Source: a virus (Duplodnaviria; Caudoviricetes). From it: DNA of 64,000 bases. Position numbers and translations under genes: made by a program. The notes under the pieces were generated by a model. That model did no database searches, was not told the DNA's origin, and saw only the letters and a program-made list of their open reading frames with translations. The stretch spans positions 813 to 64,812 of IMG/VR virus record IMGVR_UViG_3300027917_000048. One strand, given 5' to 3'. This document shows, in pieces, positions 35,300-44,848 of the stretch (position 1 is its first letter; each line of letters starts with the position of its first letter).

Positions 35300-36763
35300 T
35301 TATTGCTTTTCTTCAGTATTTGTTTCATTTTCTTCAGTATTTCCCACCATACCCGGTGCGTTACTATGGGGTTGTGGTGCAAATTCTTCTAATCCCATCT
35401 CTTCCATAGTATCATTTTCTTTCTCTTTTAGTCTAAACTCCTCATCTATATCATATCCAAATGCTTTTGCATGATGTGTTCTGGACAGATTTCCAGATTC
35501 GTATAAACTTGTTAATCCATCTACCAAATCTCTAAAGGAAACTAAATTAATAGGTTCAAACTTTAATGTTGGCATTTCGTTTCTGAATTTATTTTTCTCC
35601 CATACGTTATAAACAATATCAGATAAAATTAATAAAATCTTTTCTCTAATATTTTCCATAGTACGTACTGGTGACATTGTTGCATATTCAGCATTTGAAG
35701 TACCACTTCTAGACGTTTCTCCTGTAATAAGAATTCTAGGGAATCCTAAACCAAAGATAATATCATCATTAACTTCCCTATATTTACTTTCATCCAATAG
35801 AGCTTCTACTGGAGGCATAACCCAATCTATTTGTAAAGTATGGTTAGCAAATAGTTGAAAAATTCTTTCAATATCTTCTTGGGTAGAGTAACGATGGTAC
35901 ATTTGACTTCTTAATTCTTCAAAGGTTTCTTCTTGATCTTCTGTAACAGGAAACTCATCACTCCCTAAACGGAACAATTGAATAGCACTAATTACTCTGG
36001 ATGCTATTGAATAGTCCATTCTTCTTAGGTTTCTCTTATGTTTTAGAGGCTCTAGTACTGGAGTTAGATATGGAGTAGGATAGGGGGAATCCGTAACCAC
36101 CCTTCTTCGTATTACTAGATCATTTTCTAATAAAACATATTGTTTATTATCTTCTACTGCTTTTACAAATTCAGGATAATAAGTTGTTAATTCTCTATAT
36201 AATTCAGGGTCTTCTGTACCATCTTTATATTTTCCCTTATTTTGTATAAAGAAAATTAAATCTCTTGGAATTTTATAGAAATAAGACGGCTCTGTCATAC
36301 CAAGTGCATCGTTAATTTTTATCGTGGTGGGATCACGTAACCACATATACACGGGTAAAGTAAGAGTATCATATCTCTTTATTTTCCACTCTTGTAGTTC
36401 TTTCTTTGTAACTGGTGCGTACTTAATTTCTGGAACAACTAGTCCAGAAAGAAGGTATTCTAAAGAAATTTGTTCTGCGAATTCTTTTAGTTTTGGAACT
36501 AAATTGTCCATTATTTTCTTTTCATTCTCATTTAGTTTGGACGTATCGTATTCGATATTATTAATTCCTATTTCAGTCATTTTATCAACAACAGTATTCA
36601 CCAAAGAATCGTATCTATAGAAAAACCTACAAGCATTTACCAGCTCTTCAAATGTATCTAAATCTAATACTTCCATCTTATCAATCACGGAGCTGCTCCA
36701 AGGATTGGTAAAAGAAATATTTTGATTAGGTAAAAAAGTTGCTTTAGCTAAAGTATCAGTCAT
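35300..36763 (-). CDS. Portal protein
   Basis: ~490 aa between terL and protease; LRDPTTI and II.GLG.P..L.G portal-like motifs; ATGA-coupled to terL. Confidence 0.8.
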   Translation of the reverse strand: MTDTLAKATFLPNQNISFTNPWSSSVIDKMEVLDLDTFEELVNACRFFYRYDSLVNTVVDKMTEIGINNIEYDTSKLNENEKKIMDNLVPKLKEFAEQISLEYLLSGLVVPEIKYAPVTKKELQEWKIKRYDTLTLPVYMWLRDPTTIKINDALGMTEPSYFYKIPRDLIFFIQNKGKYKDGTEDPELYRELTTYYPEFVKAVEDNKQYVLLENDLVIRRRVVTDSPYPTPYLTPVLEPLKHKRNLRRMDYSIASRVISAIQLFRLGSDEFPVTEDQEETFEELRSQMYHRYSTQEDIERIFQLFANHTLQIDWVMPPVEALLDESKYREVNDDIIFGLGFPRILITGETSRSGTSNAEYATMSPVRTMENIREKILLILSDIVYNVWEKNKFRNEMPTLKFEPINLVSFRDLVDGLTSLYESGNLSRTHHAKAFGYDIDEEFRLKEKENDTMEEMGLEEFAPQPHSNAPGMVGNTEENETNTEEKQ

Positions 36764-38316
36764 GTTGTTAACCACCTACTTTTGAACAATTTCGTTTGAT
36801 TTTTAGCAGGAAGAAAGTACTCATGCTCTAGGTAGTACGCCATACTCCCACACAACAAAGCTGCTGTAAAGTGGTCTTCTCCTCTCTGTCCTCCTCTTGG
36901 AGTTAAAGTTTTATATACTAAATCTCCTGTTGGTGTTTTAGAGTAGGTCATTCTCTCTAATTCAGAAACTAATTCTAAATCAGTGGAAGAATAAATGAAC
37001 TTATGGTTATTAGAGTACTCCTGTAAAATAGAAACTGAAAAAGGTTTTGTTTTAGATTTTATTTCTTCTCCGTCAGAATCAAACCCTAGTGAAATCTGTG
37101 AAGAAAAATTAATTGGTACTACTCTTTTCTTGTAGTCTTTATGTAAGTATTCTTTTGAATCTTGCAAGCGTTGAATAACGCTTATTCCTGCTGAACCCCA
37201 ATCAACTCCTATAGCTATGGGGTTATATATTGTATCTAATTTATCTATTATCTTATCTTGAAGAGCATAAGATACCTTATTCATTTGCACCCGACAATGA
37301 AATTTTAATTGACCAGATGCTATTGAATAGAAAATAATTATTGCTGTTGGGTCTGTGTATCCTAAATCTATTCCAAAATAAACTTTTTTAGCACTAGATG
37401 GTAATGCTGGAAGTCCAGCTAATTTAGGGATATAATCACCAAAATTCTCTTTTAACTTAATTCCATCAAGCACTAGTTTATATACTGGATAAGAATCTAT
37501 TTGCATTGTATTTCTGTCAAAAATAGAGAATATCGGAGAACCATGCTCCCCTAATACCAAATGAATATAGTCCTCATTATCTTCGCCACCATATTTCTCT
37601 ATTGCATCTTGGTGATCTTTTTCAGTAAATCTAGGATTATCAAATGCAGACACCATATGTTTAGTATAAGATGAATCTTCTTGATCATTTACCCAAAGTA
37701 CATTCTTTTCTCTAATTCCAGTAGGCACTCCAGAACTTAATAACCTGTGTCCTTTAGTAAAAGTATTAAGAATTGGTTGTAATTCTACCCAAGTACCCCA
37801 AGGATAGTAACCAGATTCATCCAACATTACAAAAGGTACGTGTAAACCAATAACGTTTGCACCTGTTCCAGTAGTACCAGCAATACGACAAGTTAATGTA
37901 CTTTGATTTAATAAAGTTACTTCAAACGTAGAGCTATTAAATCCAGATGTTGGAGAAACAAAATTCCTAAGAAAAGAATTCGATCTAAAAATTCTTATCA
38001 ATCCTCTCCATACTGGTTGTAAATGTACTCTACTAGGTACGGTGTAAACAATATCATAGCCGGGAAATACTTTAAATATAAGTATCCAAGTTATAATAGA
38101 AACTAGGGAAACTGTTTTACCAACACTTCTTGCTGTAGCTATGGAAACGTGGTAATGAAAATCACAAAGAATTTGTTTCTGATACCAAGAGAATTCAAAT
38201 TCTTCTTCCCATTCCCGTCTATCATAATTATTAATAAATTCGTTGCATAATACCGGGTTACGTAAAATTTCGTAAAGTATTAAATCTTCGTTAGTTACTT
38301 TTTCAATTATTGCCAT
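36760..38316 (-). CDS. terL: Terminase large subunit
   Basis: Walker A ARSVGKT, Walker B VMLDE, nuclease GIDLG, C-terminal DH. Confidence 0.9.
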   Translation of the reverse strand: MAIIEKVTNEDLILYEILRNPVLCNEFINNYDRREWEEEFEFSWYQKQILCDFHYHVSIATARSVGKTVSLVSIITWILIFKVFPGYDIVYTVPSRVHLQPVWRGLIRIFRSNSFLRNFVSPTSGFNSSTFEVTLLNQSTLTCRIAGTTGTGANVIGLHVPFVMLDESGYYPWGTWVELQPILNTFTKGHRLLSSGVPTGIREKNVLWVNDQEDSSYTKHMVSAFDNPRFTEKDHQDAIEKYGGEDNEDYIHLVLGEHGSPIFSIFDRNTMQIDSYPVYKLVLDGIKLKENFGDYIPKLAGLPALPSSAKKVYFGIDLGYTDPTAIIIFYSIASGQLKFHCRVQMNKVSYALQDKIIDKLDTIYNPIAIGVDWGSAGISVIQRLQDSKEYLHKDYKKRVVPINFSSQISLGFDSDGEEIKSKTKPFSVSILQEYSNNHKFIYSSTDLELVSELERMTYSKTPTGDLVYKTLTPRGGQRGEDHFTAALLCGSMAYYLEHEYFLPAKNQTKLFKSRWLTT

Positions 38317-38978
38317 AAACTATTAAAATCAATTCTTGGAATTATATCCTCACTTAGTTTTGTTTTAGAACTTGCGTTATACAGTTTTCTTCCAGAACCC
38401 TCATAGTACTCTCTTGCTAATTTGTAACCAAGCTCTACTCTCTCTAAATTTTGATGATTATATTTTACTTTACCTGAAAAATAATTGGGATCAAAATGAT
38501 TTGGATCGCCTCCCTTATTTATAAATTTCCCCCTATCAACTCTTTCTGTATTAGAATAATCTATAAAATGATCCATACCTATAATATATACTGGATCAAG
38601 TCCCATATAAAATGCTACCTGTAAAGCTACATTTGTAACTGAATGTCCCTGCCAAATTGGTACTGCTATACTAGGACTGAACTTGGGTACATCATTTGTC
38701 CAACGAAGTTTATAAGTATTTTCTCCCCTAAGACTGTGGGTGAATTTAGCTTCACACTCAAAAGATTCCATCTCTTCTCTAAATTGATCTTCAACTAAAT
38801 TATCTATTGTTACTAGATATGTTATGGATAAATCTTTTTTTATATACCCTCTATTTAGACCAAAAACTATTTCCCCCTTTAATTTAGAAACATCTATATT
38901 ATTGAGGCTCGGACCATTGCACGCAATAAATCCTCGTCTACCTTTGTGGATGTTTTTGAATCGTGTAATCCCTTCCAA
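38307..38978 (-). CDS. Maf/DUF115 (MptE-like) family putative nonulosonate glycosyltransferase
   Basis: FKNIHKG.R.FIACNGPSL, FGLNR, SV...ALQVAFYMG...YIIGMDH, NHF.PNYF and YNAS motifs. Confidence 0.8.
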   Translation of the reverse strand: MEGITRFKNIHKGRRGFIACNGPSLNNIDVSKLKGEIVFGLNRGYIKKDLSITYLVTIDNLVEDQFREEMESFECEAKFTHSLRGENTYKLRWTNDVPKFSPSIAVPIWQGHSVTNVALQVAFYMGLDPVYIIGMDHFIDYSNTERVDRGKFINKGGDPNHFDPNYFSGKVKYNHQNLERVELGYKLAREYYEGSGRKLYNASSKTKLSEDIIPRIDFNSLWQ

Positions 38979-39628
38979 ATTACCTCCGCAATCTCGAAAT
39001 CACTTTCATAATTAATATCTACAGCCTCTATATAATTTATTGGTACTCCTCTAAAATTATTTGGATCAATTCTTTTTTTATTCTCAAAAGCATATTTAGT
39101 TTTAAAAGCATACAGTCCGGTATGTTCTACAAAAGTATAAGGCAGTTCTTTTGAATTTAAAAGTTTTCCGTCTTTATAATAATCTGGAGTTAAACTTTCA
39201 GTTGGATGTTTTTTACTCCAAGTATATAACTTTTCTGATGTAGCTGTAAAACTAGAATTATAGCCAGTTACTACATTTCCAATACATTCATCAATAGTTT
39301 TTGGTTTTATGAAAGGAGATGTTGGTACTACTTGTACTATAATATCATATTGAGGTAAACTTTGTGCTTGCCAATAAGCTAAATCATCTCCTGTTATAAA
39401 ATTATTGGCTAAATATTGGGGACGTTTTAATGGCTTAGCTCCACAAGCTATACCAACTTTTAGAATTATATCGTCTTCGCTATCTATATAAACATCATTT
39501 ACTAATTTAGCATCACAGGCATTTTTTATAGCATGACAAATTAATGGTTTACCTCCAAGTTTTCTTAAATTCTTGTTTGGTAATCTTTCGCTTTTACCTT
39601 TTGCATGTACTACAGCAGCTACTCTCAT
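38894..39628 (-). CDS. neuA: CMP-nonulosonate (acylneuraminate) cytidylyltransferase
   Basis: AKGKSERLPNKN..LGGKPL, RP..LA, PTSPF and DIN..DF motifs; ATGA-coupled start at 39628. Confidence 0.9.
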   Translation of the reverse strand: MRVAAVVHAKGKSERLPNKNLRKLGGKPLICHAIKNACDAKLVNDVYIDSEDDIILKVGIACGAKPLKRPQYLANNFITGDDLAYWQAQSLPQYDIIVQVVPTSPFIKPKTIDECIGNVVTGYNSSFTATSEKLYTWSKKHPTESLTPDYYKDGKLLNSKELPYTFVEHTGLYAFKTKYAFENKKRIDPNNFRGVPINYIEAVDINYESDFEIAEVIWKGLHDSKTSTKVDEDLLRAMVRASII

Positions 39629-40200
39629 GTATACTCCCTTTCCAATATTGCTATTGCGTCTGATATATGTACTATTCTCCAAGGTTCTTCATAATCCATT
39701 GCATATCTAACAGCAGTTACAACCCCTTCCTCTGTTTTATCATAGTCATCAAAAATAATATATTTAGTTACTCTATTTTTTAACATATTCCAATCTAACA
39801 GAGGATTTGGGTCACGATGATCTCCGTCTATAAAACCACAACTAAATCTATAATTCCCCCAAACCATTTCTTCAGAGGGTATTTGATAAACTCGTATTTT
39901 GTTTTCCACTCCCCAAATACTGGCATTATCATAAATATCTCTAGGATTTGGTTCAATACACCATATATCCCCATCCAATTTAAATTCTTTTTTAGTAAGA
40001 GCTGCTGTAATAGCAGAGCCTCCGTGTAAAGAACCTATCTCTACATAATCACCGTGTCCAGCATTTCTTATTGCCTGACATAATAAACCAGTAGCATGTG
40101 AACTTTGTACTAACTTGTTTCCTAGTTTATCCTTTATCTCCTTATGCAAACGTCTACCATAATAGTATCCGTCATTTAGGGGGAAGAAAAATTTATCCAT
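39625..40200 (-). CDS. Class I SAM methyltransferase (Methyltransf_24-like)
   Basis: VEIGSLHGGS, FIDGDH, IIFDDY. Confidence 0.85.
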   Translation of the reverse strand: MDKFFFPLNDGYYYGRRLHKEIKDKLGNKLVQSSHATGLLCQAIRNAGHGDYVEIGSLHGGSAITAALTKKEFKLDGDIWCIEPNPRDIYDNASIWGVENKIRVYQIPSEEMVWGNYRFSCGFIDGDHRDPNPLLDWNMLKNRVTKYIIFDDYDKTEEGVVTAVRYAMDYEEPWRIVHISDAIAILEREYT

Positions 40201-40741
40201 TATCTATCACCTTGAAAGCAAAACTTGAATAAGAATCCTCTAACCAATAATAGCTTATCAGTTCAACTGGTATACCGAATTCTATAAAAGCCCTGAACTC
40301 GTCTGAGTAACTTTTAGAAATAAATTCATCAAAATATAAAACCGTACCCGGCACTATTCTTTCAAAGAGATTTAAAGTCCATAGTACATTACGTGTTGAG
40401 TAATAAAGGTCTGCATCGAAATTTATAAAAGCTGCTTTCTCTTTGTGCTCTATTAAGAAATGACCAATCGTAATATCAAAGTTACCCTTTACTGTTACTA
40501 CATTTTTTGGCAAGTCTGGAACAATTCCTCTTAAATCAAATGTACCCTTTTTATATTTACCATACCAATCTTCAGGTAAACCAGCAAAACTATCAAAGCC
40601 GTAAATAGTTCTATCTGGTAATAGTTTAGAAAGTATTTTAGTAGTAGCTCCTTTATACACACCAAACTCTAGAATAAGCCCATCTAAAGTTATGCTTCTT
40701 ATAGCTCTCCTAAATACATCTAATCTATTTTGTCCAATCAC
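40193..40741 (-). CDS. TylF/MycF-like sugar O-methyltransferase
   Basis: LEFGVYKG, GFDSFAGLPE, DADLY.ST, G.VLYFDE. Confidence 0.85.
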   Translation of the reverse strand: MIGQNRLDVFRRAIRSITLDGLILEFGVYKGATTKILSKLLPDRTIYGFDSFAGLPEDWYGKYKKGTFDLRGIVPDLPKNVVTVKGNFDITIGHFLIEHKEKAAFINFDADLYYSTRNVLWTLNLFERIVPGTVLYFDEFISKSYSDEFRAFIEFGIPVELISYYWLEDSYSSFAFKVIDNG

Positions 40742-41618
40742 TAGAGCTTCCTAAGTAAGTATTTCCATAAGTTTGTTTCTGTAAAAATTCCTCTTCCACT
40801 TTACTCATACCAAATTCTGTCTTGAAAACAACATCTGGTAAGTTATATTCAACAGAAGAATCCTTACTCTCTTCAATCATTTGTTTGAATTCTTTTGGCT
40901 CTAGACTACATTCTATATGATGTACAAAAGAATGTCTAGATAAACAAAAATGTCTTTCTATTAAATATGGATCATATTTTTTAGCAACAACTACAGAGGG
41001 TACTATCCCCTCTTCATGTCCAGAGTACCCTATCTTTACTTTGGAAGTTTCAAATTCATCTTTTAATTTCTGAATATTTCCTAATCTTAATTTACTAATT
41101 GGGCAGGGATATTCAGCCACGCAATGTTGTAAAACTACTCTTCTATCTCCCAAAGTTTCTAAGAGATTGTCTATCTCTTTTAGGGTAGAGCCTCCCACTG
41201 AAACTACTAGTTGTTTGGTCTTGGGTACTTGTTTCCCTAATTCTTGTATAAAAGCATAGTCCCTTGCACTTGAAGATGCTATCTTATATTTGGGAAGTTT
41301 ATATTCTAACATAAATTCCAAAGATGGAATATCCTGTACAGTAGCAAACCACTTTATTTTTAATCGCTTACACAGTGAATCAAATCTATCAAAGTCCTCT
41401 TTGCCAAATTCAAATATTTTCCTGTAATCCCAATACGTTTTTCCATAGGGGGATAGGTAAAATCTATCCAACTTTTCCTTAGAGTAATAAGTTTCAACGT
41501 CCTTCTTCTGCATCTTAATGAAGTCTGCACCCGCAATTCTTGCTTCTCTAACCATTTCTTCAAGTACATTATAATTTCCCATATGGTTTGTTGTAAATTC
41601 TGCTACAAACTGTGTCAT
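40725..41618 (-). CDS. neuB: N-acetylneuraminate/nonulosonate synthase (NeuB family), apparently lacking SAF domain
   Basis: AE...NHMG, GAD.IK.QK, KIAS, HCV.EYP, GYSGHE.G and IERHF motifs. Confidence 0.9.
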   Translation of the reverse strand: MTQFVAEFTTNHMGNYNVLEEMVREARIAGADFIKMQKKDVETYYSKEKLDRFYLSPYGKTYWDYRKIFEFGKEDFDRFDSLCKRLKIKWFATVQDIPSLEFMLEYKLPKYKIASSSARDYAFIQELGKQVPKTKQLVVSVGGSTLKEIDNLLETLGDRRVVLQHCVAEYPCPISKLRLGNIQKLKDEFETSKVKIGYSGHEEGIVPSVVVAKKYDPYLIERHFCLSRHSFVHHIECSLEPKEFKQMIEESKDSSVEYNLPDVVFKTEFGMSKVEEEFLQKQTYGNTYLGSSSDWTK

Positions 41619-41836
41619 ATAACCTCCTCTTCATAATCACACTTATCGCACTTAAGCCAAATATCAGTCCAACCCCTACCATCTTCATCATCATAACAAA
41701 CTAACGTCCTGTGTACTAAACCATAACCACAAACACACGGTTTAGGATAACCATTTTCTTCACTACACATAAAACATTTTTTATCACCCTTATCGTGGTC
41801 ATAAAAATAATATTCCCATTCTCCCGGCTCTACCAT
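41615..41836 (-). CDS. Small Cys-rich zinc-binding protein
   Basis: CxxC, CxC and CxxC in 73 aa. Confidence 0.55.
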   Translation of the reverse strand: MVEPGEWEYYFYDHDKGDKKCFMCSEENGYPKPCVCGYGLVHRTLVCYDDEDGRGWTDIWLKCDKCDYEEEVI

Positions 41837-42486
41837 CTCCCAAACTCCTTATAAACTTTTTTCCCTATTCCAACACTATCATTTTCAATAATTGCATCTC
41901 TTATCTCTTGTTCATAGTCTAATTTTATTGGCAACAAGTTAATTACGTCTTCTAATAGCTCCCATCGTATTACTAAAATAGCATCTTCATCCGCAAAAAT
42001 ATAATCGTAGGGAGTAATAAAAATATTTCCTATAACTATTTCCTCCAGATAGTTAGTAATACCCCACCTATCAGCAGAGTCTTGTGGCTGTACACCTTTA
42101 GCCCAAATAGGAAAACCATAGCTTTCTATTCTTCTAATATCTCTAGTCCAACCCTGTATTACTGCACCGACAGCACCTTTCTTTTTTAGAAATAGTGACA
42201 TTATATCTCCAAAATGAGCACGACTATTATCATTAGCTTGTAAAATATAAACATCCCCCGGCATTATTTCATCTATCATCTCTGCTACTCTTTCGTGATT
42301 AGGCGAAGATGTTTTATCTCCTCTGGCTGTAAAAGCTTTCCCAAATATAAATCCATTTGCACTAGAAAATCTTGGCTTTACTAGAGGTTTTATATCATTA
42401 GGAAGTACAAAATTCTCTTTATACTTTAAATCAAACTTTATAATGTCGTATATAGCACCGCTGTATGCCCTTGAATCAATCTTCAT
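41830..42486 (-). CDS. RraA family / HMG aldolase-like protein
   Basis: G.AFT, AHFGDIM, GAVGAVI.G..RD, I.P.DYIFADED motifs; start MKIDS after a GGAG RBS. Confidence 0.85.
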   Translation of the reverse strand: MKIDSRAYSGAIYDIIKFDLKYKENFVLPNDIKPLVKPRFSSANGFIFGKAFTARGDKTSSPNHERVAEMIDEIMPGDVYILQANDNSRAHFGDIMSLFLKKKGAVGAVIQGWTRDIRRIESYGFPIWAKGVQPQDSADRWGITNYLEEIVIGNIFITPYDYIFADEDAILVIRWELLEDVINLLPIKLDYEQEIRDAIIENDSVGIGKKVYKEFGRW

Positions 42487-42637
42487 GTTTTTCTCCTTTC
42501 CAGTTTTCCCACATTTCATCTGCTATTCTGCCTATGTCCTGTGCCGTCATTCCTTCTATCTTATATTCTTTTGGTCGCCTGAATAATCTCCATAAAGTAA
42601 AAATAATTACAATCCCTAGTACAACCAACCATTCCAT
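42476..42637 (-). CDS. Small single-TM protein (53 aa), not in ORF track
   Basis: MEWLVVLGIVIIFTLWRLFRRPKE...; AGGAG RBS. Confidence 0.55.
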   Translation of the reverse strand: MEWLVVLGIVIIFTLWRLFRRPKEYKIEGMTAQDIGRIADEMWENWKGEKHED

Positions 42638-42646
42638 TTTCATCTC

Positions 42647-42823
42647 CTATAGTCCTGATAAGAATAACACAGCAATTGCTAGTACAACTGCTGTTGCCAT
42701 TACGCCCTTAAAAAAGTCAAATTTATTTTGAGCTGAATAATAAAGTCCTACCCAAACAAGAATTGCTAAGAACAAAGGAAGTACCTTATTCAATACTATA
42801 TCTTGAATATTGTCTGTTATCAT
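42647..42823 (-). CDS. Small 2-TM protein (58 aa), not in ORF track
   Basis: MITDNIQDIVLNKVLPLFLAILVWVGL...AVLFLSGL; ATGA overlap. Confidence 0.55.
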   Translation of the reverse strand: MITDNIQDIVLNKVLPLFLAILVWVGLYYSAQNKFDFFKGVMATAVVLAIAVLFLSGL

Positions 42824-43053
42824 TTAGCATCTCCATGAAACCCGTAATCTTCAATCACTCTGAAAATATCAGATATTGGGTATTTGTAAATCTTTTCACC
42901 ATTCACAAATACACATAGAAAGCTTCCTTTTTCATAAAGATTTATAGTATTTGCGTGTATTATCGGCTGTGATTGCAATTTCAAGTGTATTGTTACACCG
43001 TGCGTGTTTATATCCACCGCATCAAAGCCGTCGTTTAGCAACAGTTCACTCAT
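42820..43053 (-). CDS. Hypothetical protein
   Basis: 77-aa coupled ORF. Confidence 0.55.
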   Translation of the reverse strand: MSELLLNDGFDAVDINTHGVTIHLKLQSQPIIHANTINLYEKGSFLCVFVNGEKIYKYPISDIFRVIEDYGFHGDAK

Positions 43054-43496
43054 TACTTAACTCCTTTCACAATGTTAAATATTTCTTTCATAGTAAATTG
43101 TTTAGTATCCAGTAACCAATTAGCACCAGTTATAAAAGCACCCCACTCTTCAGCTTCTGCTAATTTAGTTAGTGCGATTATGTCAGCATTGTGTTCATTG
43201 TTTACACAATTTTTACCTTGTAATACGTGCCCCCACTCGTGGGCTAAAGTATATTTCCATAAAGCAGACTTCTCTGTTTTCCATTTAGGGGAAAGATAAA
43301 CGGTGCTGGTACACACTAATGGATCACCAACAGCGAGTGTGGCACTCCACCAAGTACCTATATCCCTAAACTGCCAGTTGGTAGCAACACCAAAGTATGG
43401 TTGCATCTTCTCAGCAAAATCATCAGCAGACTCCACAGAAAAGGGAGATACTATTGAAATACTTAGAAGAATTAAACTAATGAACAGTTGGCTCAT
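43053..43496 (-). CDS. Exported HEXXH zinc metallopeptidase-like protein
   Basis: N-terminal signal-like hydrophobic stretch; LAHEWGH plus a downstream E..AD. Confidence 0.6.
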   Translation of the reverse strand: MSQLFISLILLSISIVSPFSVESADDFAEKMQPYFGVATNWQFRDIGTWWSATLAVGDPLVCTSTVYLSPKWKTEKSALWKYTLAHEWGHVLQGKNCVNNEHNADIIALTKLAEAEEWGAFITGANWLLDTKQFTMKEIFNIVKGVK

Positions 43497-43686
43497 TAAA
43501 AGTTACCCTGTAGTATGAAGTCTCTTCTAAATCCATTTTTTCCAATTGAGGGTCTTTATCCAAATATCTCATAAAACCAATATAGTCTAATTCAGCTTGG
43601 TTGTCACAATACTTATAAATAAAGTACCCTATTAGCATAATAAACTCTTTTTCTAATCTCTCTACCTGCCTAGCCTCTTCTGTCAT
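43477..43686 (-). CDS. Hypothetical protein
   Basis: 69-aa coupled ORF. Confidence 0.5.
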   Translation of the reverse strand: MTEEARQVERLEKEFIMLIGYFIYKYCDNQAELDYIGFMRYLDKDPQLEKMDLEETSYYRVTFNEPTVH

Positions 43687-43910
43687 TCACGCATCTCCTC
43701 GTTAAATTTATTTATGGTATTAGCATGTGCTCTAATTTCTCCTATATAATTATCATTTGCTTCGTTTAACATTTCTCTATAGTTTGCTATTATATTTTTG
43801 TAAGTAGAAATTATTGAATCCCATTGAGCTATTGTAGCTGCTGTTCCAACAAGATACCCTATCATAAAAACAAGTATTCCTCCTAAAATTACAAATCCGT
43901 CTTCCATCAC
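43683..43910 (-). CDS. Small TM + coiled-coil protein
   Basis: N-terminal hydrophobic helix. Confidence 0.5.
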   Translation of the reverse strand: MMEDGFVILGGILVFMIGYLVGTAATIAQWDSIISTYKNIIANYREMLNEANDNYIGEIRAHANTINKFNEEMRE

Positions 43911-44848
43911 TTACTCCTTTCCTCTAAATCTTTTATTAGTTTATCTACTCCAGCATTTTCTCTAAAAAAATTTCTTTTGTATTTAATTCTATCTATTGTC
44001 CTGTCTGCATAAGCTTGTTCACAAGTATTTAATACTTGTGATAAATTAATTGGATAAGTAGTTAAAGAATATTCTGGAAAAAGAACATCCGTAGCTCCAT
44101 AGGTGTTTGTACCAACAAAAAAAGTTCCGCTAAAAGCTGCGTCATAAACTGCACGACCAGTGGTTAATCTATAAGATAAATCCACAAATATCTTACTCCT
44201 ATCCATTAAGTGATCAAAGCGTTGAATAGATGCTCTTGTAAATTTTTTAGTATTAGTAATTATAGGGTAATCTAGTTTATCCTTATAAAATTCGTAAAGT
44301 TCTGTATTTAGAATCATTACACAAATAGAATACTTTCTTCTCTTTAATTCTGTAAATAATTCTAAGGTTTCTACTACATTTCTATTTGTATCTAAACAAG
44401 TAAAAAAATCTATATCTTTTATCTTAGATATTGGTTTTTCAAATTCTGTATGATAACAGCGTAATGGTAATCTTTCAACTGGTTTTGAAAAAGGATTATA
44501 CCAAACTGGTTGTTCCCAAATGAATTTATCACAAGGCTCGAAAGTTTTATGAAAAAACCTTGATGTATTTTTAGGTCCATCTAGCTTATATAGTTTACCT
44601 AGATGGTTATCAGCATCAAACTCTATCCAAAAGTTTCGAGCCTCTTTTTTTAATTTATTTGGTAAATCCTTCCAAGCATTATATTGATCTAATTTCCAAA
44701 CGCAATGTAGAATTACATTATCGCCTGTAAAATCAGTATCTTTAGCTTCTAAGTAGTTTAAATACTTAGCACCCATATGCTTTTGTATTACGTAGATAGG
44801 ATAAAACGCTTTTGTATCTACCCCAATCCTTGAAATTATATACCACAT
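43907..44848 (-). CDS. Divergent GT-B glycosyltransferase-like protein
   Basis: C-terminal SKIFVDLS..LTTGRAVYDAAFSG...VG resembles the GT4 nucleotide-binding segment. Confidence 0.55.
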   Translation of the reverse strand: MWYIISRIGVDTKAFYPIYVIQKHMGAKYLNYLEAKDTDFTGDNVILHCVWKLDQYNAWKDLPNKLKKEARNFWIEFDADNHLGKLYKLDGPKNTSRFFHKTFEPCDKFIWEQPVWYNPFSKPVERLPLRCYHTEFEKPISKIKDIDFFTCLDTNRNVVETLELFTELKRRKYSICVMILNTELYEFYKDKLDYPIITNTKKFTRASIQRFDHLMDRSKIFVDLSYRLTTGRAVYDAAFSGTFFVGTNTYGATDVLFPEYSLTTYPINLSQVLNTCEQAYADRTIDRIKYKRNFFRENAGVDKLIKDLEERSK

